A stretch of DNA of 64,000 nt, from contig CAWFMQ010000020.1 in the NCBI GenBank assembly GCA_963816905.1, forward strand, positions 1,862 to 65,861. Reading direction: 5' to 3'. Position 1 is the first letter of the stretch. Every line of letters begins with the position of its first letter. This stretch comes from an uncultured Chloroflexia bacterium (GTDB lineage: Bacteria > Chloroflexota > Limnocylindria > Limnocylindrales > CSP1-4). A program made the position numbers and the translations under genes. The notes under the pieces are model-generated. The model made no database searches and was not told where the DNA came from. It worked only from the letters and a program-made list of their open reading frames with translations. Below, in pieces: positions 35,377-45,500 of the stretch.

Positions 35377-36282
35377 GTGCGCATCCGTGAGTGCCGCCGG
35401 AGCCGTGCCGGCTGCGTGCTGCTGCTTGCCGTGGTCATCCTGGGTTCGGCGTGGGCGTCGACAACGACGGTCGAGGCGCAGTCCGGTGGGGTCTTTCGCG
35501 ACATCACCTACTGCCTCGAGTCGGGACAGCCGCTGAAGCTCGACCTGTATCAGCCCACCAATGGGGCCGGCGGACCGCATCCCATCGTGCTGTGGATCCA
35601 CGGCGGAACGTGGATGTTCGGCGACAAGAGCGATGCCAGATCAGATCCTGTCGTGGACATGCTCCGCGCCAGGGGCATCGCGGTGGCCGCCATCAACTAC
35701 GCGCTGGCACCCACCTACCGCTTTCCCGCGCAGATCCAGGACCTGACCTGTGGCGTCCGCTTTCTCCGCGCACACGCCTCGAAATACGGGATCGACAGGG
35801 CGCATATCGGGGCGCTGGGCATGAGCGCCGGCGGGCACCTCAGTGGCATGCTGGGCGTGGACGACGGCAGCAGCATGTTCGTGGGCGGCGGATACGCGAA
35901 TTGGTCGAGCGCCGTGCAGGCCGTCGCGGACCTGTGGGGCGTGAACGACCTGACGCAGCACAATCTGGCCCCGGGTGACGAGCGCGTCCTTCCGCAGATC
36001 TTCGGCCCCCAGCGTCGCTGGGCCTCCGAGAGCCCGATCACCTACGTCCGGGCCGGGCTGCCTCCGTTCCTGCTCATCCACGGCGACCACGACACGGACG
36101 TGCCCATCCGGCAATCGCGCTCAATGTACAAGGCGCTGGCCGCCGCGGGGGACCCGGCGACGTTCACCGTCGTCCACAACGCCGGGCACAGCCTGGCACC
36201 GACGGGGGGCACCATGTCGCCATCGATCGGCACGGTCCGGAAGGAGATCGTGTCGTGGTTCAAGGCCCAGCTCGGCGGATAG
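35377..36282 (+). CDS. Secreted alpha/beta-hydrolase, divergent paralogue of 34322..35242
   Basis: MRIRECRRSRAGCVLLLAVVILGSAWA signal; IVLWIHGGTW, GALGMSAGGH, LLIHGDHDTDVP. Collinear with the neighbouring esterase over the whole mature length. Confidence 0.8.
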   Translation: MRIRECRRSRAGCVLLLAVVILGSAWASTTTVEAQSGGVFRDITYCLESGQPLKLDLYQPTNGAGGPHPIVLWIHGGTWMFGDKSDARSDPVVDMLRARGIAVAAINYALAPTYRFPAQIQDLTCGVRFLRAHASKYGIDRAHIGALGMSAGGHLSGMLGVDDGSSMFVGGGYANWSSAVQAVADLWGVNDLTQHNLAPGDERVLPQIFGPQRRWASESPITYVRAGLPPFLLIHGDHDTDVPIRQSRSMYKALAAAGDPATFTVVHNAGHSLAPTGGTMSPSIGTVRKEIVSWFKAQLGG

Positions 36283-36455
36283 CTCGCGGCCCGGCCGCGT
36301 CGGTCGCCATGGCCGCGCGCCCCAGGTGGCCCGGTGCATCCGAGACTCGTCGCAATCGCGCGCGTCGACCCTTCTGCGACGACCGCGTGCGACTATGCTG
36401 CGAGTGGCCACGCACGACGAGGGGCGAGGGGGGCGAGGGGGGCGAGGAGGACGGC

Positions 36456-39044
<2,589 letters not shown>

Positions 39045-39073
39045 CTTGTCGGGCACGGTTGCGGTAGGACCTG

Positions 39074-39948
39074 TCACTCGGGACTCCTCTGTGCGGGTAA
39101 CCAACGCCGGAACGGCGAGACGATGCTATCCCAGAGGGCCCCGCGACGGTGCACGAGGCGTTCCTCGAACCGGACGTGCTCGCTGTAGCCGAGCGCCCGG
39201 TACGCGGCGAGCGCGGGCGGGTTGTCGGAGCGGACGTTGAGCACGACGTGGTCGCAGAACCGCAGCAGGTCCTGCGTGACGGCCCCGTGGTGAGCTTCGC
39301 GTAGCCCGCGGCCGCGGTAGTCTGATGGGTCATCACGTTGCCGACGACGGCGAGCCGTGCCTCGCGGCTGACGACGTGGGTGCCGGCGGCCGCCACCAGC
39401 CGCCCGCCGAGCCGAACGCCGTAGTAGATGCCCGTTGGCGATCGATTCGGCCGGCAGCCACGACGTGAAGCCGAGGTTGTACAGGCGGTTGAGATCGCCG
39501 ACGTCGGCGGGGACGAGGCGCGACGGCCACACCGGTGACGGGTCGGAAGCCGGCACGATCCACCCACATGCGGACCATCTGGCGGCCCGGGATCGACGCG
39601 GTAGACCCGCTCGATCTCGCGGCAAGCTGCTCGCGGTGCACGGCCAGGTACGCGATTCGCGGCCGGATGAGGTCGCGCAGGAGTGCGACGATCGACGGCG
39701 TCTCGCCCATCACGAAGAGCGGCTGCGGCGCGGGCCCGGTGTACTCGAGGGCGACGGCGGTGGGCCGTCCCCGACAGTGCGACGCCCCAGCGCGTCCGGG
39801 CGAACTCGCGCTCGTCGAGGTCGCAGAGGGCGTAGGCGGAGAAGAGGCGATCGCCCTCCAGGAACTCGCGGAGGAGGACGCGGTCGCGGGTCGAGCGCAC
39901 CTCGATCCCGGGGGCGCGCAGTTCCCTTGTCCGCGCGACGGCGGCCAT
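39074..39948 (-). pseudogene. GNAT-family N-acetyltransferase-like protein, about 6 frame switches
   Basis: Pieces in three frames: MAAVARTRELRAPGIEVRSTRDRVLLREFLEGDRLFSAYALCDLDEREF / GETPSIVALLRDLIRPRIAYLAVH / VPADVGDLNRLYNLGFTSWLPAESI / IYYGVRLGGRLVAAAGTHVVSREARLAVVGNVMTH / DYRGRG..AVTQDLL…VVLNVRSDNPPALAAYRALGY (GNAT motifs A/B). Confidence 0.6.
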
Positions 39949-41690
39949 CAGGCGTCACCCACGCCCGAGGTGCCGCGCGGCGGAGGCGCGACGCGGTCGT
40001 CCGGCCAGGGGGCCGAGTGGTCGGACGGCGCCGCGAACTGCTCGAAGGGCGCGTCGGCAGCGCGCTCGTCCGGCGGGACCGCGGCCTGGCTGTCCGAGGG
40101 AGCATCGGAGAGGTCGTCCGGCGCAGCCGCAGCCGTCTCCACGGCGGGCACCCGGGGCGACGGCGGCAGCGGCCCGACGGCCGCCGCGATCGACGCCTCG
40201 TACGGAGGCCGCAGCACGCCCAGCTCCGTGACGATCGCCGTGATGCGACCCGCCGGCACGATCTCGACCGCCGGGTTGACCTCGTACTCTCCGCCGACCT
40301 CCAGGCCCGCGACGTAGGTGCCCAGCTCACGGCCCGGTCGCAGGTCGGTCGGGATGGAGAGCCCGTCCATGGTGAGGGGCGCCACCGTCGGCGACGGCGC
40401 GCAGGCGTAGACCGGCACCGGCGTTCCGTCCCGGATGCCGAGCGCCGCCAGTTCGGCGACGATCCGGCTGCCGATCACGTTCGCGGTATCGCCGTTCCCC
40501 GCGATCCAATCGGCGCCGAGCAGGACCGCGTCGATGGGCTCCGCGTTGAGCAGCCAGGCGACCGCCGTGTCCGCCAGCACCGTGTGGTCGATACCGGCGA
40601 GCCGCAGCTCCCGCGCGGTGAGGCGCGCACCCTCGAGGTTGGGTCGGCCCTCGGTCACCCACGCGCGCAGCGGCACACCCTCCTGCATCATCAGCTGGAG
40701 AGCGCCCAGTGCCGTGCCGACCATCCCCGCCCCGAATGCGCCCGGGTTCCCGTGGACCAGTACGTGCACCGGGCCGGATGCAGATCCGACGAGCAGGTCG
40801 GCGAGTGCCCGCGCGGTCCCCGTGCACTGCAGCGTGACCTCCATGTCCAGCGCGTCGGCCGCAGCCCACAGCGCCGCAGCGACGGCATCGCCCGTCGCGT
40901 CGTCGCCGAGGTCTCGAACGGTCCGCTCCATCCGCGCAACAGCCCACCGGACCATGCGGGCAGCAGGCCGCGCGAAGATCAGCTGCTGCACGGCCCGCCG
41001 CAACTCCGAGCGCCGCTCGGACGGTCGCAGCGCCGCCGTCTCGCGCGCGGTCAGCGCCAGGCCGTAGGCGGCAAGCTGCGCGAGGAGCGGTCCTCCCTGG
41101 GCGACCATGGCGCGCGCCTGGAACGCGACATCGGCGGCACGCCGGCAGGCGACTTCTTCCAGGCGATCCGGGAGCGCACGCTGGTCCAGGACGAGCAGCG
41201 TTCCGTCGACGATCCGGAACGGGCTTCGGTACGAAGCGACGCCGCTCGGATCCAGCGTGTTGATCGGTGTGCCGGTGAGGGCGGCGATTCCGCCCGGCGG
41301 AGCGTAGGCCGCGTTGGCCGCGAGCCGCTGGGCGTTCGCGCGTGGGTCGCCGAGACCCAGTTCGACCACGCCCGCGGCGGCAGAGGCGCTGCGAGACATC
41401 GCGTTCGCGAGCCCGGCTACCTCCGCGACGGCGGTCAGCGTCTGGCGGCTGAAGACGCGAAAGAACGACCGACGATCCACGCCGTCGGTCGGCCCGGCGC
41501 CGGCGGGCGCGGCGGGAGGCAAGGACCCTTCGGGCGGCGGGCCTGCCGACGATGGAATGCCCGGAGGAAAGGGCGGCGGCAGTCCGGGAACCACTGCCGA
41601 GGGATCGGGGCCCTCGCCGATCGGGGGCTCGTCACCTCGCAGAATGCCGTCCGGAGGCTGCTCGCCTCGCCGCATTGTCCCGTCCGTCAC
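39948..41690 (-). CDS. eIF-2B alpha/beta/delta family protein (S-methyl-5-thioribose-1-phosphate isomerase MtnA-like) with long N- and C-terminal extensions
   Basis: Core: FRIVDGTLLVLDQRALPDRLEEV…VHGNPGAFG…EGRPNLEGARLTARELRLAGIDHTVLADTAVAWL…VLLGADWIAGNGDTANVIGS. Alternative GTG start at 41480 (MDRRSFF…). Confidence 0.8.
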   Translation of the reverse strand: MTDGTMRRGEQPPDGILRGDEPPIGEGPDPSAVVPGLPPPFPPGIPSSAGPPPEGSLPPAAPAGAGPTDGVDRRSFFRVFSRQTLTAVAEVAGLANAMSRSASAAAGVVELGLGDPRANAQRLAANAAYAPPGGIAALTGTPINTLDPSGVASYRSPFRIVDGTLLVLDQRALPDRLEEVACRRAADVAFQARAMVAQGGPLLAQLAAYGLALTARETAALRPSERRSELRRAVQQLIFARPAARMVRWAVARMERTVRDLGDDATGDAVAAALWAAADALDMEVTLQCTGTARALADLLVGSASGPVHVLVHGNPGAFGAGMVGTALGALQLMMQEGVPLRAWVTEGRPNLEGARLTARELRLAGIDHTVLADTAVAWLLNAEPIDAVLLGADWIAGNGDTANVIGSRIVAELAALGIRDGTPVPVYACAPSPTVAPLTMDGLSIPTDLRPGRELGTYVAGLEVGGEYEVNPAVEIVPAGRITAIVTELGVLRPPYEASIAAAVGPLPPSPRVPAVETAAAAPDDLSDAPSDSQAAVPPDERAADAPFEQFAAPSDHSAPWPDDRVAPPPRGTSGVGDA

Positions 41691-41745
41691 GTCGAATCGT
41701 CAGGTGCGAGGCGCGCGCCCCGGGCGCGCGGTTGGGGCGAGATGG

Positions 41746-42303
41746 TCAGTACTGGACGACGCTGTGAATGTCGTGGTCACGAAGGCGCTCCCGCCCCTTG
41801 AGGAACAGCAGCTCTACGAGGAAGGCCAGCCCGACAACCTCGGCCTTGAGCTGCTTCACCAACTCGATGGTCCCGAGCACGGTACCGCCCGTGGCAAGCA
41901 GATCGTCCACGATCAGCACCCGTTGGCCGGGGAGGATCGCGTCCTTGTGGACCTCGAGCGTGTTCGTGCCGTATTCGAGCGCGTATTCGACGCTGACGGT
42001 CTCGGCGGGGAGTTTCCCGAGCTTGCGTACCGGCACGAAACCGGCATGGAGCTCGTATGCCATGGGGGCGCTGAAGATGAACCCGCGCGATTCCATGCCG
42101 ACGACCAGGTCGATCCCGGCCTCACGGTACGGGTCGGTGAGCAGGTCGATGACCTCGTGAAACGCGTCGGCATCCTTCAGGAGCGTCGTGATGTCGTAAA
42201 AGAGAATGCCCGGCTTGGGAAAGTCCGGGACCTCGCGGATCAGCGCGCGAAGCGACTCGACGGACACAGGGATGGACTCCCTCACTTGAGGTGGCGTTGA
42301 CAT
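41746..42303 (-). CDS. apt: Adenine phosphoribosyltransferase
   Basis: [21 protein letters not shown]…[11 protein letters not shown]…RKLGKLP…[13 protein letters not shown] (PRPP motif). Confidence 0.95.
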   Translation of the reverse strand: MSTPPQVRESIPVSVESLRALIREVPDFPKPGILFYDITTLLKDADAFHEVIDLLTDPYREAGIDLVVGMESRGFIFSAPMAYELHAGFVPVRKLGKLPAETVSVEYALEYGTNTLEVHKDAILPGQRVLIVDDLLATGGTVLGTIELVKQLKAEVVGLAFLVELLFLKGRERLRDHDIHSVVQY

Positions 42304-42421
42304 CTGCAGAGGGGCCAGTCTACCTCACGGCCGAAGCGGGGCGGACGGCTGGCGGCGCCCGATCCCATGGCCTGGAGGGTGGGCAGCTGGCAGGCGCACC
42401 GCTCGGTGCGCCGTACCGTAA

Positions 42422-42451
42422 GGACAGCCCCCGCCGAAGCGGGGGCTGTCC
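42422..42451 (-). terminator. Intrinsic-terminator-like hairpin downstream of the multicopper oxidase gene
   Basis: GGACAGCCCCCGC-cgaa-GCGGGGGCTGTCC: a 13-bp perfect stem ~60 nt past the stop at 42508. The U-tract is weak. Confidence 0.6.
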
Positions 42452-42507
42452 CGGTCGGCCGCCTCGATGAACGGGGCGGCAGACGCAAGGCGGGTAGGTG
42501 GGCCCGC

Positions 42508-45500
42508 CTACGGGTTGATCACCTGGGTGGTGTTGGGGCTCAGCGTCGAGTAGTACGACGCGTTGCCGCCGTAGGAGGCCCGCACCTGGTGCGTGCCGAC
42601 TGGCAGGGAGCCCGGCGGGATGACGAGGGTCGCCACGCCGCCGCTCACGGTGACCAGGGCCCCGAAGTTCACGCCGTCAAGGCGGAACTGGATGGTGCCG
42701 CTGTTGACCGTCCCGCCGCCGGGCGCCGACACGCTGATGGTGGCGGTCCACGTGACAGTTGTGGCCGCGCTGACCGGCGAGGTGAGCGTCACCACGGCGG
42801 TCGTGCCGGCCTTGTAGACGGTCTGTGCGTAGACGGCACTATTTGCGCCGTTGTAGTTGGTGTCGCCTGTGTAGTTCGCTCGGATGTTGGAGGTGGCAAC
42901 GGCGAGCGTCGTCGTCGTGAAGGTGGCCTGACCACTGCCGTTGAGCGCCACGGGGCTGCCCACGTTGGTGCCGTTGACGGTCCACTGGACTGTGCCGGTC
43001 GGCGCGACGCCGAGGCTGTTGTTCTCCGGCGTCACGGTCGCAGTGAAGGTCACGCTCTGGCCGTAGACGGTGGGATTGATGTTGCTCGTCACCGCCGTCG
43101 TGGTGTTGAGCCGGTTGCGGACGGTCTGGGTGAGGTTGTTGCTGGTGCTGCCGTTGTAGGTGGCGTTACCGCTGTAGACGGCGGTGATGGTGTGCGTGCC
43201 GACCGAGAGCCCGGAGTAGCTCAGCGTCGCAACGCCACCGGAGAGCGTGGCCGGGCTGCCGATGTTGTTGCCGTCCGATCGGAACTGGACGGTGCCGGTC
43301 GGCGTGCCGAAGGCGCCGCTGACGGTCGCCGTGAAAACGACCGGGTTGTTGACCTTGGTCACGCTGTAGTTCGAGGTCAACACTGTCGTGCTGGGCGCCT
43401 TCGTGATCGCGAAGGTCCGCGAAACCGGCGGCGCGGCGTTGTAGTTGGCGTTGCCCGCCTGGTTCGCGGTGACTGTGCACGATCCGACAGCGGTCAGATG
43501 GATCAGGCCGGCCACGATCGAGCACTGGCCGCTGGCAGACAGCGTGACCGGGAGGCCGGAGCTGGCTGTCGCATTGGCCGAGAAGTCCGGGGTGCCGATG
43601 ATCTGGTCCGCGATCGGCGGGAATGTGATCGTCTGGTTGGCCTTGGTGATCGTCACCACGCCGGCGACGTAGGCGATCAGGTAGTTGGGGGCGACAGCGC
43701 CCGAACAGGTCGACGGGTAGGTGCCCACCGCCGAGCCGGCGACCGCCGCCGTCGAGCACGTCGGCAGCGTGGTCAGCGAGTTGCCGGGGTTGTCACCGGG
43801 CAGGAACCCGCTGTAGATCGGCGTGATCGCCGGGATCGCCTGGAGGTACTGGACGGTTGGGCTCGAGGCGGTGATCGTCAGGATGGGCGGGGTGACCGTC
43901 ACGATCCCTGCGACGTAGCTGATCGTGTACTTGGTGGACGCAGCGCCCGTGCAGGTCGACGGATAGGTGCCGATCGGCGAGGCGCTGGTGGCGGTCGTCG
44001 AGCAGGTGGGCAGCGTGGTCAGCGAGTTCGCCGGGGTGTCACCCGGCAGGAACCCGCTGTAGATCGGGGTGATTGTCGGGACGGTCGTGCCGCGGACCAT
44101 GCTCGGGCTGGACGCGGTGATCACGAGATGCGGCAGGGTGTGCGCGCTGGCGGTGCCGGACCACAGGGAGTACGCGACCGAGTTCTCGGCGCGCACCTGG
44201 TAGTAGTACGTGGTGCCGTCAGCCGGCGTCGTGTCGGTGAACGTCGTCGGCGGGGTCGGGCCCGGAACCGTGAAGTAGGTCAGGTTCGCGGTGAAGCCCG
44301 GATCGGTCGCCCGCTGGATGTAGAAGTTGGTCGCCTTCGGGGTGGTCGAGTTGTCCGTCCACGTCAGGGTGATGGTGGCCGGCCATACCGTTGACCCTGA
44401 GGCCACCGCCGTTCCGTTCGTCGGCGCCTCCGGCGATACGGCCAGCGTCATCGGCCGCATCATGTCGTTCTCTTCGTGGCCGAGCAGGTGGCAGTGCCAC
44501 ACGTACTCCCAGGCGAAGTCGGTGATCATGTTCATGACGGTGATCGCGTTGCCGGTCGTCGCGTCGAACGTGTCGATCATCGCCGTCTCGGGGCGGGTGG
44601 TATCGATCGAGCGATAGCTGTCGCCGATCTTGAAGGGCAGGATCGGTGCCGCTGGCTTGAAGGCGACGATCGCGTCCTCCAGCGGATTCATCCGGACCGA
44701 TTCCTTCCACCCGAGTTCGTTGGCATCAGGTGGCCTGATCGCACCGTCCCACCCAACCCGGTTGACCAACTGCACGTTGAACAGGTGGAAATGGATGGTG
44801 TGGGTGTCGACCCCGTTGTGGGTGATCTTCCAGATCTGGGTGCCGTCGGTCAGCGTCCCCAGCTGGGTCATGAGCCCGGAGGCAATGAGGTTCTCCGTGC
44901 TCGGCTCTGCATACCCCATGGGGATCGTCGTCTGAGTATTGACGGTCGTAAACGGGAGTTCGAAGCCCAGCGTGGCGTTCATCCGGCCGTACTGCGTCTC
45001 GAACAGCTCCTGGATGGCCTTCGGCTCCATGTACTTCCAGCCGATGGCCACGGCGTCGGCGCCGGTGCCGCCACCGCCGGTGAACTTGACAACCGGTTCG
45101 GTGGTGTACCCCGAACCCGGGTTGTCAACCACGACGCTGGTGACCACGCCGGCCGTGACGACCGCGTGGGCTGCAGCGTTGATGCCACCTCCGCCAATGA
45201 AGCTGACGAGCGGAGGCGTCACCGACGAGTACCCGGTGCCGCCGGTGAGCACCTGGACACCGTTGACCGGGTTGCCGATCCACAGCGAGTGGTTCGTCAT
45301 GCGGGCGTAGTTGTTGTGGGTCACGGTCGGATCCGGATACGGGCCGGTCGGGCCGTTGTAGGCGAGTTCCGGAACGATCGGAGCGGCCTGCGACGCGACG
45401 TACGCCGCGTTCCAGGCGTTCTGCAGGTTGGTGAGATTGAATGCGGCGGCCGGCGTGGTTGCGGCAACCTGGATCTGCATGACGGTGCGCATGTTCGGGC

